Below, piece after piece: positions 38,394-51,518 of a stretch of 64,000 nucleotides of DNA (position 1 is the stretch's first letter; each line of letters begins with the position of its first letter). Origin of the DNA: Anaeramoeba ignava BMAN (Eukaryota > Protista > Anaeramoebae); NCBI GenBank assembly GCA_028826165.1, contig JAPDFW010000059.1:992001-1056000 (forward strand), in the 5' to 3' direction. Below the pieces are notes generated by a model. It worked only from the letters and a program-made list of their open reading frames with translations, had not been told where the DNA came from and ran no database searches. Made by a program: the position numbers and the translations under genes.

Positions 38394-39010
38394 TAACATA
38401 TTCATAATCAAATTTATAATTAAATTTATCAACAAATTTATAATCAAATTTATAATCAAATTTATCAACAAATTCATCAACAAATTTATCAACAAATTTA
38501 TCAACAAATTAATAATTAAATTTATAATTAAATTTATAATTAAATTTATAATTAAATTTATCAACAAATTTATCAACAAATTCATCAACAAATTTATCAA
38601 CAAATTTATCAACATATTTATAATTAAATTCATAATTAAATTTATAATTAAATTTATAATTAAATTTATAATTAAATTTATCAACAAATTTATCAACAAA
38701 TTTATCATTAAATTCATAATCAAATTTATAATTAAATTCATAATTAAATTTATAATTAAATTTATAATTAAATTTATAATTAAATTTATCATTAAATTTA
38801 TCAACATATTTATAATTAAATTCATAATTAAATTTATAATTAAATTTATAATTATATTTATAATTAAATTTATAATTAAATTTATAATTAAATTTATAAT
38901 TAGATTTATAATTAAATTTATCAACAAATTTATCAACAAATTTATAATTAAATTTATAATTATATTTATAATTAAATTTATAATTAAATTTATAATTAAA
39001 TTCATAATTA
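38394..39010. repeat. 12-nt array (AAATTTATAATT / AAATTTATCAAC)n
   Basis: Direct reading. Confidence 0.9.
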
Positions 39011-39152
39011 AAACAATTAAAATAAATAAGAAACTTTCACTTATCCAAAAGTTAATTAAAAAATTTTTTTTTGTTTTTTTTTTTTTTTTTCATTTTTTTC
39101 TTTTCTTTTCTTTTTGAATTTTATTTTAAAAAACAACAAAAAACAAAAACAA

Positions 39153-39590
39153 ATGAAAACAATTTTTTTTATCATTTCATTATTTTTAATTTTAACAGTA
39201 AAAAGTGTATCATTTACGAATTGTGGGAATGGAAACGACATGATCCAGAACATGAGTATTGAAATACAGCCAACAATATTGCATGTTGGAGAAGCATACG
39301 AGCTAACAGTAAGCGGGAATCTTATGTCAGACATTCGTAATGGGTCTATAACTATAACGTTATATTATGATGGTATTTTGATTTGGGATTCAACTTCTTC
39401 TTTATGTGAAATGATTGAAGAATTCTCTTGGATGTATTGCCCAATTACTAAAGGTTCCATTTATTTCCATGATAAGCTTTATGTCTCGGATTGGATTAGA
39501 GGTGGTCATTATACTGGCCAAGTTATTTCTGAAACTAAAGAAAATGATCAAATCTTTTGCTTCAATTTTGATGGTCAAATTGATGAGTGA
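39153..39590 (+). CDS. Secreted ML-domain (MD-2/NPC2-like) lipid-binding protein
   Basis: Signal peptide MKTIFFIISLFLILTVKS followed by FTNCG, IEIQP, LCE, CPITKG, GGHY and IFCFNF, the typical ML-domain cysteine pattern. Confidence 0.85.
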   Translation: MKTIFFIISLFLILTVKSVSFTNCGNGNDMIQNMSIEIQPTILHVGEAYELTVSGNLMSDIRNGSITITLYYDGILIWDSTSSLCEMIEEFSWMYCPITKGSIYFHDKLYVSDWIRGGHYTGQVISETKENDQIFCFNFDGQIDE

Positions 39591-39769
39591 TTTCTTTTTT
39601 GATTTTTCTTTTTTGATTTTTCTTTTTTGATTTTTCTTTTTTGATTTTTCTTTTTTGATTTTTCTTTTTTGATTTTTCTTTTTTGATTGTCGAGTTGATG
39701 ATTTCAAAAACGACGAATGAACCAAATCATAATTGATTTGATTGAATCCAAATCCAAAAAATTATTTTA

Positions 39770-41880
39770 ATTTAATTTGATTTTAATTTTGATTTTAATT
39801 TGAATTTTGATTTTAGTTTAGATTTTAATTTGATTTAGATTTTGATTTTGATTTAGATTTTGATTTTGATTTAGATTTTAATTTTGATTTTGATTTAGAT
39901 TTTAATTTTAGATTTAGATTTTGATTTTGATTTTGATTTAGATTTTAGATTTAAATTTAATTTGATTTTAATTTTGATTTTGATTTTGATTTTGATTTAG
40001 ATTTAGATTTAGATTTAGATTTTGATTTTGATTTAGATTTAGATTTAGATTTAGATTTAGATTTTGATTTTGATTTAGATTTAGATTTAGATTTTGATTT
40101 AGATTTAGATTTAGATTTTGATTTAGATTTAGATTTTGATTTAGATTTTGATTTAGATTTGATTTAGATTTAGATTTATTTAGATTTGATTTAGATTTTG
40201 ATTTTAAGATTTTAGATTTAGATTTAGATTTAGATTTTGATTTTGATTTAGATTTAGATTTGATTTAGATTTGATTTTAATTTTGATTTTGATTTAGATT
40301 TGATTTTGATTTAGATTTTGATTTAGATTTGATTTTAATTTTAGATTTAGATTTTTAGATTTAGATTTTATTTTTTTAGATTTTGATTTTGATTTTTTGA
40401 TTTTAATTTTGATTTTTAATTTTGATTTTGATTTAGATTTAGATTTTGATTTAGATTTTATTTATATTTAGATTTAGATTTGATTTAGATTTAGATTTTT
40501 GATTTTGATTTTAGATTTTGATTTTGATTTTGATTTTGATTTAGATTTAGATTTAATTTTGATTTTGATTTTGATTTTTTTGATTTATTTTATTTTATTT
40601 TTAGATTTAGATTTAGATTTAAATTTAGATTTTTGATTTTAGATTTAGATTTTGATTTTGATTTTGATTTAGATTTTGATTTAGATTTTGATTTTGATTT
40701 AGATTTAGATTTAGATTTAGATTTTAATTTATATTTAGATTTTGATTTTGATTTAGATTTTGATTTAGATTTTAATTTTGGTTTTTATTTTAATTTTGAT
40801 TTAGATTTAGATTTTGATTTAGATTTAGATTTTGATTTTGATTTTAATTTTGATTTTAATTTTGATTTTGATTTAGATTTTAATTTAGATTTAGATTTTG
40901 ATTTAGATTTAGATTTAGATTTAGATTTAGATTTGATTTTGATTTTGATTTAGATTTTGATTTAGATTTGATTTTGATTTAGATTTAGATTTTGATTTTG
41001 ATTTAGATTTAGATTTTGATTTTGATTTTGATTTTGATTTTGATTTAGATTTTGATTTTGATTTTGATTTAGATTTAGATTTAGATTTAGATTTTGATTT
41101 AAATTTTGATTTGATTTAGATTTTGATTTAGATTTTGATTTATATTTAGATTTAGATTTAGATTTAGATTTAGATTTAGATTTAGATTTAGATTTAGATT
41201 TTGATTTTGATTTAGATTTAGATTTTGATTTAGATTTAGATTTAGATTTTAATTTTGATTTTGATTTTAATTTTAATTTTGATTTTGATTTAGATTTTGA
41301 TTTAGATTTAGATTTAGATTTTAATTTTGATTTTGATTTAGATTTAGATTTAGATTTTAATTTTGATTTTGATTTAGATTTAGATTTTGATTTTAATTTT
41401 AATTTTTAATTTTGATTTTAATTTTGATTTTGATTTAGATTTAGATTTTGATTTAGATTTTGATTTATATTTAGATTTAGATTTAGATTTAGATTTAGAT
41501 TTAGATTTTAATTTTAGATTTTGATTTTGATTTTGATTTAGATTTTGATTTTGATTTAGATTTTGATTTTGATTTAGATTTTTTGATTTAGATTTTGATT
41601 TAGATTTAGATTTAGATTTAGATTTAGATTTAGATTTAGATTTAGATTTTAATTTTGATTTTGATTTTGATTTAGATTTAGATTTAGATTTAGATTTAGA
41701 TTTTGATTTAGATTTAGATTTAGATTTTGATTTAGATTTAGATTTTAATTTTGATTTGAATTTGATTTTGATTTAGATTTTGATTTTGATTTTGATTTAG
41801 ATTTAGATTTAGATTTAGATTTAGATTTTGATTTTGATTTTGATTTTGATTTTAATTTTAATTTTAATTTTAATTTTTTT
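39770..41880. repeat. 2.1-kb (GATTTA/GATTTT/AATTTT)n hexamer array
   Basis: Direct reading. Confidence 0.95.
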
Positions 41881-41932
41881 TTAAATTTTTTTTATTTTTT
41901 ATTTTTCCTTTTTTTTAATTAAAAAAAAAAAA

Positions 41933-43021
41933 ATGAAAGCTTTAATTCTTGTTGGTGGATTTGGAACAAGATTACGCCCACTTACATTTACAAAACCTAA
42001 GCCATTAATTGAGTTAGTGGACAAACCAATCATTCAACGACAAATCGGGGCGTTAATATCAATAGGGGTTAAGGAGGTTATTTTAGCTGTAAACACAGAA
42101 ACAGAAGCAATCAAAAATTTTGTAGAAAATATTCCCGAAAAAAAACAAGTCAAAATAACGCTTTCGGTTGAAGAAACCCCACTCGGATCTGGCGGACCTT
42201 TAGCACTAGCACGTAAGATCCTCTGGGAAAAAGACGAGCCTGAGACAAAGCCTTTCTTTTTACTGAATTCGGATGTCATTTGTGATTTTCCACTTGAAAA
42301 AATGTTGATTTTTCATAAAAAACATCAAAAAGAAGGAACATTACTCGTTACAAAAGTGGAAAACCCAAGTAAATACGGTGTTGTTATTCACGACGATGAC
42401 GGAAAAGTGACCCGCTTTGTTGAGAAACCCACAATATACGTTGGAGATGAAATCAACGCAGGAGTTTCAATTTTGAACTTGAAAGTTCTTAATAGAATTG
42501 AATTAAGAAATTTGTCAATGGAACGCGAGATATTTCCGAAAATGGCAGAAGAGGGTCAGCTTTTTTGCTTCACAATCAACACCTTTTGGATGGACATTGG
42601 GCAGCCGCTGGATTATCTTCGTGGAGTGGAGATGCTTCTTGATTTCGTTCAATTTCCAAAAATGGCTAAATATGAAAATGTTTGTTTTGATGGTGAAGTT
42701 TTTGTCGGTGAAAATGTCCAAATTGGTGAAGATTCTTTCATCGGTCCGCATGTTTCCATTGGCGATAATGTCCAAATTGGTTGCGGTGTTAGACTTGTTA
42801 ATTGCGTTATTCTTTCTGGTTCTTCTATTAATGATTTTGCTCTTGTTTCAAATAGTATTGTCGGTTGGGATTCTTTGATTGGAAAATGGTCCAGATTGGA
42901 AAACCACTGTATTCTTGGCTCTTCCGTTGGAGTTGCTGATGAGGTCTACTTAAATGATACAATAGTTCTTCCAAATAAACAAGTTTCTGATTCTATTTTA
43001 AATGGTAAAATTATTTTATGA
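41933..43021 (+). CDS. GMPPB: Mannose-1-phosphate guanylyltransferase (GDP-mannose pyrophosphorylase, beta type), intronless
   Basis: MKALILVGGFGTRLRPLT, LNSDVIC, FVEKP, FWMDIGQP, C-terminal left-handed beta-helix repeats. Confidence 0.95.
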   Translation: MKALILVGGFGTRLRPLTFTKPKPLIELVDKPIIQRQIGALISIGVKEVILAVNTETEAIKNFVENIPEKKQVKITLSVEETPLGSGGPLALARKILWEKDEPETKPFFLLNSDVICDFPLEKMLIFHKKHQKEGTLLVTKVENPSKYGVVIHDDDGKVTRFVEKPTIYVGDEINAGVSILNLKVLNRIELRNLSMEREIFPKMAEEGQLFCFTINTFWMDIGQPLDYLRGVEMLLDFVQFPKMAKYENVCFDGEVFVGENVQIGEDSFIGPHVSIGDNVQIGCGVRLVNCVILSGSSINDFALVSNSIVGWDSLIGKWSRLENHCILGSSVGVADEVYLNDTIVLPNKQVSDSILNGKIIL

Positions 43022-43320
43022 TTAATTTTTCCTTTTTTCCTTTTTTTTTCCTTTTTTTTTCCTTTTCAAAATAAGATTTTGACTTATTTTTCTTTGACAA
43101 GAAATCTTAAATAAGTATAAATAAATAACTAAATAAATAAATAACTAAATAACTAAATTCCATTTTTTTAATTTAAAATTTTAAAAACAAAATGTCAAAT
43201 AAGTTTAATTTTTGATTTTTTAATTAAATTTTTAAAACAAAACGTTTTGAAAAATTTTTTTTTAATTTTTATTTTTTTTTTTTTTTTTTCATTTTTCTTT
43301 TCTTTTTTTAAAAATTCCAA

Positions 43321-45635
43321 ATGTCAATTATTTATGCATTAGTTTCAAGAGGTACAACAGTTCTAGCTGAATATACAGAATCTAAAGGAAATTTTACCAC
43401 AGTTTGCCAACGAATACTTTCGAAGATTGGGACAGCAGATAGTAAAATGACTTATATGCATGATCGGTAAATTTAATATAAATTTAATCCAAATAAATTT
43501 AATATAAATAAATTTAATATAAATAAATTTAATCTAAATAAATTTAGTATAAATAAATTTAATATAAATAAATTCAATATAAATAAATTTAATATAAATA
43601 ACTTTAATTCAAATAAATTTAATACAGATAAATTTAATATAAATAAAATTAATATAAATAAATTTAATTCAAATAAATTTAATATAAATAAACTCAAATA
43701 AATTTAATATAAATAAATTTAATATAAATAAATTTAATATAAATAAATTTAATATAAATAAATTTAATATAAATAAAATAAATTTAATCTCAAATAAATT
43801 TTAATATAAATAAATTTAATATAAATAAATTTAATATAAATAAACTTAATATAAATAAATTTAATATAAATAAATTTAGTATAAATAAATTTAATATAAA
43901 ATAAATTTAATATAAATAAAATTAATATAAATAAATTTAATATAAATAAAATTTAATATAAATAAACTTAATACAAATAAACTTAATACAAATAAAATTA
44001 ATATAAATAAATTTAATATAAATAAATTTAATACAAATAAATTTAATATAAATAAACTTAATATAAATAAATTTAATATAAATAAATTTAATACAAATAA
44101 ATTTAATATAAATAAATTTAATATAAATAAATTTAATATAAATAAATTTAATATAAATAAATTTAATATAAATAAATTTAATATAAATAAACTTAATATA
44201 AATAAAATTAATATAAATAAATTTAATTCAAATAAATTTAATATAAATAAACTCAAATAAATTTAATATAAATAAATTTAATATAAATAAATTTAATATA
44301 AATAAATATAAATATAAATAAATTTAATATAAATAAATTTAATATAAATAAATTTAATATAAATAAATTTAATATAAATAAATTTAATACAAATAAATTT
44401 AATATAAATAAATTTAATATAAATAAATTTAATATAAATAACTTTAATATAAATAAAATTAATCTAAATAAATTTAATATAAATAAATTTAATATAAATA
44501 AATTTAATATAAATAAATTTAATATAAATAAATTTAATATAAATAAATTTAATATAAATAAAATTAATATAAATAAATTTAATATAAATTTAATCCAAAT
44601 AAAATTTAATATAAATTTAATCCAAATAAAATTTAATATAAATAAATTTAATATAAATTTAATCCAAATAAAATTTAATACAAATAAATTTAATATAAAT
44701 AAATTGTATATTTATTAAAATAATTATTTGATTTCTTCCATATAGTTATGTTTTCAATTATGTCTCTAGTGATGGTTTAATTTATCTTTGTATGACTGAT
44801 CAAAGTTTTGAAAGACGAATTGCTTTTGCATTTCTTCAAGATATTCAATCAAGATTTACAAATCAATATGGAAAAAAAGGCAAAACTGCTGTAGCTTATC
44901 AAATGAATGATGAGTTTGCGGGAGAATTACGCAATCGAATGGTTAATATTTAAAATTAAAATTAAAATTCATTTATAAAATTAAAATTAAAATTCATTTT
45001 GAAATTAAAATTAAAATTAAAATTAAAATTAAAATTAAAATTCATTTATAAAATTAAAATTAAAATTCATTTTGAAATTAAAATTAAAATTTAAATTGAA
45101 ATTAAAATTAAAATTCATTTTGAAATTAAAATTAAAATTAAAATTAAAATTCATTTATAAAATTAAAATTCATTTATAAAATTAAAATTCATTTATAAAA
45201 TTAAAATTAAAATTCATTTTGAAATTAAAATTAAATTAGATTTACTTCTCTTCAAATCCTGATTCAGATAAAATCAAAAAAGTTAAAAGTGAAATTGATG
45301 ATGTTAAAAAGATTATGACACAAAATATCGAAAAAGTTCTCGAAAGAGGAGAAAAAATTGAAATTCTTGTTGATAAAACTGAACATCTTAGTAATCAAGC
45401 ATTTAAATTTAAACATGAATCAACAGCTTTAAAAAGACACATGTGGTGGAAAAATTGCAAACTTATGTCCATTTTAGTTTGCATTGTATTGGTAAGTTAA
45501 AAAAATTCAAGTTAAAAAAATTCAATTTAAAAAAATTATTTTTTTGGATTTGTTTGAATTTAGGTTGTGATCTTCTTTATAATTGCTGGAGCTTGTGGAG
45601 GAATGACTTTCAAAAAATGTACTGGCAAAAATTAA
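43321..45635 (+). CDS. VAMP7: VAMP7-type longin R-SNARE (4 exons)
   Basis: Exons 43321-43466, 44746-44941, 45240-45491, 45564-45635. MSIIYALVSRGTTVLAEY longin start, RIAFAFLQDI, NIEKVLERGEKIEILVDKT SNARE motif, C-terminal TM. Confidence 0.95.
43470..44705. repeat. 15-nt array (AAATAAATTTAATAT)n filling VAMP7 intron 1
   Basis: Direct reading. Confidence 0.95.
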
Positions 45636-45903
45636 TTTAATCTCATTTAATCTAATCTAATTCTCTTTTTCTTTTTTTTTGAGATTTTTTTTTTGAGATT
45701 TTCTTTTTCATTTTCATTTTCATTTTCATTTTCATTTTCATTTTCTAATTTGCTTTCAAAAAAAAAAAAAAACCAAAAATATAAAAGTTTATTGAATTTA
45801 CTCAAAAAAAAATTTTTTATTTCTTTTGAGTAAAATTTTTTTTTTTTTTGAGAACAATTTATTTCATTTTTTCTTTTAAAAAATCAATAATAAAAACAAT
45901 AAA

Positions 45904-47034
45904 ATGAATGATGAAATTCAAGTAATAGTTATTGATACAGGATTTACAAACATAAAAGCAGGATTTGCAGGAGATGATGAACCAAAAGTAGTTTTTCCAA
46001 CAATTATAGGAAAACCAAAAAAAAGAAATGAAATGAATATTTTGAGTTCAAATGAATATTATGTTGGAAATGAAGCAAAAGCTAAAAAAGAAGAATTATA
46101 TTTATATAATATGATTCATAGTGGAATAATAGCGAATTGGGATAATATGGAAAAAATCTGGGATCATACTTTCTATAATGAATTAAGAGTTGCACCTGAA
46201 GAACATCCAGTTTTATTAACTGAAGCTCCATTGAATCCAAAAGCAAACAGAGAGAAAATGACTCAAATCATGTTTGAAACATTCAACACTCCAGCAATGT
46301 ATGTTGCTAATCGATCAGTTTTATCACTTTATGCTTCAGGAAGAACAACAGGAATTGTGATTGATATTGGAGGTTGTTTTACTTCTCATATTGTTCCAAT
46401 TTATGAAGGATATGCTTTACCTAATTCCACAATGAGAATTGATATATTTGGAAGAGATTTCACTGATTACTTGATGAAAATCTTGACTGAAAGAGGATAT
46501 TCATTTTCAACAACTGCTGAAAGAGAAATTGTCAGAGATATCAAAGAAAAACTTTGTTATGTTGCTTTTGATTTTGATGAAGAAATGATTGCTGCAGCTA
46601 AATCCTCATCTATTGAAAAGAATTATGAATTACCTGATGGACAAGTTATCACAATTGGAAATGAAAGATTTAGATGCCCAGAAGTCTTATTTCAACCTTC
46701 TTTCATTGGAATGAAACAACCAGGTATTCATGAAACAACTTATAATTCAATTATGAAATGTGATGTTGATATCAGAAAAGATCTTTATGGAAATGTTGTT
46801 TTATCTGGAGGTTCATCAATGTTCCCAGGAATTGCTGACAGACTTCAAAAAGAAATTACTCAATTAGCTCCACCAGCAATGGAAATTAAGATTATTGCTT
46901 CTCCTGAAAGAAAATATTCTGTTTGGATTGGAGGATCTATTTTAGCTTCTCTTTCTACTTTCCAAAACATGTGGATTTCAAAAGAAGAATATGAAGAATC
47001 TGGACCTTCTATTGTTCACAGAAAATGCTTCTAA
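45904..47034 (+). CDS. Divergent actin paralog (altered nucleotide-binding residues)
   Basis: 376-aa intact ORF. The C-terminal three quarters are nearly identical to the neighbouring actin; the N-terminal ~78 aa and the phosphate loops have diverged. Confidence 0.93.
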
Positions 47035-47860
47035 ATCTCCCAAAATCTAAATCAAAATCAAAATTAAAATCAAAATTAAAATCAAAATCAAAATCTAAAT
47101 CAAAATCTAAATATAAATCTAAATCTAAATCAAAATCTAAATCTAAATCAAAATCTAAATTAAAATTAAAATAAAAATCAAAATAAATCAAAATCAAAAT
47201 TTAAATTTAAATCTAAATCTAAATCTAAATCTAAATCTAAATCTAAATCTAAATCAAAATAAAAATCTAAATCTAAATCTAAATCAAAATCTAAATTAAA
47301 ATCTAAATCTAAATCTAAATTTAAATCAAAATCAAAATAAAAATAAAAATAAATTTTAATTGTTTTTTTTATTTAAAAAATTTTTTTTTTCAAATCATTT
47401 TAAAAATAAACAGAAATAAGTTAGAAAAAAGATTACAAAATTAAAATAAAAAGAAAAGAAATTTTTTGATTGAATCCAAATCCAAAATTATAATAAGATT
47501 TTAAAAGAAAAAAAATAAAAGCAAAAATTGCGAAAAAAATTTTTTCTTTACGAAAAATTTTTTCTTTTTTTTAATTAAAGATTTAAATTAAATTTTTGGA
47601 ATGTCAAATGAAAATTTATTAAAAAAAAAAAATTAAATAGAAAATGAAAAATAGGAAATAGAAATAGAAATAGAAATAGAATTGGAAATAGAATTGGAAA
47701 CAGAATTGGAAACAGAATTGGAATTGGAAATGGAAAAAAGATCAAAAATAAAACAAGAAACAATAAGAAAAAGAAATAAAAAAATTAACTGCAGGCAAAA
47801 CAATCTTAGAAAAAAAAGAAAAATCTCCTAATAAAAAGTAATTTAGTCATGAATGAGTAA

Positions 47861-49103
<1,243 letters not shown>

Positions 49104-49288
49104 ATCTCAAATCTCAAATCAATTTTCAATTTTCAATCTCTTGATCTTTTTCTTTTTCTTCTTTTTTTCTTCTTTTTTTTTTGATAGTCAAAAAAAAGTG
49201 ATTCAAAAAAGAAAAAAATTTTTTTTTTGGAAAAATAAAAAAAAAATAACATAAATTTATTTTTTTCATTTTTTTTCTTTTTTTAAAA

Positions 49289-51070
49289 ATGAATGAAATT
49301 ATATTTTTTGGAAGAAATATTTTACCAAAACTTTTAAAAAATAAACCAGAAATAATAACAAAACCAATTCAATTTAAATTTGAAAATGAAAATGAAAATG
49401 AAAATGAAAAACAAATTAAACAAATTTCAACAAGTTATTTTTCAACAATTTTCCTTTTTAAAAATGGAAAAGCAATAGAATATCTAAATGAACAATATTC
49501 AAATCCAAAACCTGAAAAAATCCAAATTGAAGAAAATATTGAAAAAGTAACTGTTGGTTATGCAAATGAAGCTATTTTAACAAAAGAAGGAAATGTATTC
49601 GCAAAAGGGTTGAATATTAATCCAAAAAATCCAAATGAATTTATCAATATTTCATCATTAATTGAAGATACAAATGATAGAATAATCGAAGATATTGTTT
49701 CTGGATATAATTCAATTTACTTATTAACTTCAAATCAAAATGCTTATGGAATTGGTTCAAATTATTATGGCCAACTTGGTTTTGATTCTGAAAAAATTAA
49801 AAAAACAAAAAAACCAATTTTAATGATGAAAAATGTTTCTAAAATATTTTCAGGAATAACTACAGAGCATGTTTTTCTTTTAAATTCAAATCAAGAATTA
49901 TTTGGATGCGGCATTCATCATTCTGATAAACTTGGTTTAAGTACAACTTTCAGGAAAGTTACAAAAATCATACAAATCCAAAATATTCCAAAAGGTAAAA
50001 TAATTGATATTCAATCTGGATATTCTCATTCAATAATGTTGATTGAAAATGAAAATGAAAATGAAAATCCAAAAAGAAAACTTTATTCATGTGGAAATCA
50101 TCTACTAAGTGGACTTGGCAAAAATGCAAGAGAATTTACTGAAATCAAATCATCTTTATTTGAAAATGATGATAATATTATTCTTGGTTTCTCTGTTGGA
50201 AATTTTCATACTTTGGTTTTAACTTCCAAAGGAGAATTAATAGGATTTGGATACAATGAATATGGCCAATTAGGAATACAAAATATAAATGAATTTGAAC
50301 CAATTCCAATTATAGTTCCAATTCAAATTGAAATTCCTAAATTAAGATTTAATGAAAATATTTCTAATTATCATCTTTCTTGTGGTGAAAACAAATCATT
50401 TCTTTATTATTCTCCTTTTTCTTTTTCCAATCTTGAAGAAGATTTGATAAAACTATTCCGAAGAAAAGAATTTTGTGATATTTCATTTAAAACAGAAAAT
50501 GGAGAAATAATCAAAGCTCATAAATTAATATTGAAATATAGATTAAATCAAAATGAAATTGAAATTGAAAAACTTCAAGAAATTATTTCAAAAAAATCAA
50601 TTAAAGAATCAAATCAAATATTTGAAATGATTTATTCAAACAGAATTATAAATCCAAAATTATATTCTGAAATTAAAGAAATTATAAATTCAAATGAAAA
50701 AATTGAAGAAACAATGAAAAGAATTTATTTAAATGAAAATGAAAATGAAAAAGATTTTATAATTGAAAGAAAAGAAAAACAATATAAATTCCCTAAATTA
50801 ATATTAATAATGAGAAGTGAATTATATCGAGGAATGTTTTTATCTGTAACAGAAGATACTTCTAACAAAGTTACAGATTATAGTGAATTAAGTAATAAAT
50901 CATTTCAAATATTTGAATATTGGATTTATTCAAATCAAATTAAAGATGAAATTGAAATTACACAAGAAATTATTAATGAAATTAAAATTGGAATTGATTA
51001 TTTTCAATTAAATCAAACAAATCCAAATTTATTTGATTTATTAATTAATAAATTTAATAATCAAAATTAA
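49289..51070 (+). CDS. RCC1-repeat / BTB-domain protein, copy 1
   Basis: RCC1 motifs GSNYYGQLG, VGNFHTLVLTSKGELIGFGYNEYGQLG. BTB-like FCDISF...IKAHKLIL and second BTB-like FPKLILIMRSELYRGMF. Confidence 0.88.
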   Translation: MNEIIFFGRNILPKLLKNKPEIITKPIQFKFENENENENEKQIKQISTSYFSTIFLFKNGKAIEYLNEQYSNPKPEKIQIEENIEKVTVGYANEAILTKEGNVFAKGLNINPKNPNEFINISSLIEDTNDRIIEDIVSGYNSIYLLTSNQNAYGIGSNYYGQLGFDSEKIKKTKKPILMMKNVSKIFSGITTEHVFLLNSNQELFGCGIHHSDKLGLSTTFRKVTKIIQIQNIPKGKIIDIQSGYSHSIMLIENENENENPKRKLYSCGNHLLSGLGKNAREFTEIKSSLFENDDNIILGFSVGNFHTLVLTSKGELIGFGYNEYGQLGIQNINEFEPIPIIVPIQIEIPKLRFNENISNYHLSCGENKSFLYYSPFSFSNLEEDLIKLFRRKEFCDISFKTENGEIIKAHKLILKYRLNQNEIEIEKLQEIISKKSIKESNQIFEMIYSNRIINPKLYSEIKEIINSNEKIEETMKRIYLNENENEKDFIIERKEKQYKFPKLILIMRSELYRGMFLSVTEDTSNKVTDYSELSNKSFQIFEYWIYSNQIKDEIEITQEIINEIKIGIDYFQLNQTNPNLFDLLINKFNNQN

Positions 51071-51490
51071 AATTAAAATTAAAATCAAATTTAAAATTAA
51101 AATTAAAATTAAAATTAAAATTAAAATTAAAATCAAAATTAAAATTAAAATTAAAATTAAAATCAAAATTAAAATCAAAATTAAAATTAAAATTAAAATC
51201 AAAATTAAAATCAAAATTAAAATTAAAATTAAAATTAAAATCAAAATTAAAATCAAAATTAAAATTAAAATCAAAATTAAAATTAAAATTAAAATTAAAA
51301 TTAAAATTAAAATCAAAATCAAAATTAAAATTAAAATTAAAATTAAAATTTAAATTTAAAATTAAAATTAAAATTAAAATTTAAATTTAAAATTATAATT
51401 AAAATTAAAATTAAAATCAAAATTAAAATTAAAATTAAAATTAAAATTAAAATTAAAATTAAAATTAAAATTAAAATTAAAATCCAAAAT
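51071..51490. repeat. (AAAATT/AAAATC)n array starting at the stop codon
   Basis: Direct reading; a similar array lies at 53283-53490. Confidence 0.9.
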
Positions 51491-51518
51491 TATTTTTTCA
51501 TTTTTTTCTTTTTCAAAA

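Noticed and set aside
39770-41880. Telomere-like or information-bearing (TTTAGA/TTTTGA) array
   Set aside because: No G-run telomeric unit, internal position between ordinary genes, and no higher-order pattern that I could detect by eye.
51060-51490. Possible TAA/TAG-to-Gln code, suggested by AAT CAA / AAT TAA interchange in arrays
   Set aside because: Conserved proteins end exactly at TAA (actin), TAG (HECT GFGML) and TGA (GMPPB), and conserved domains contain no in-frame TAA or TAG.
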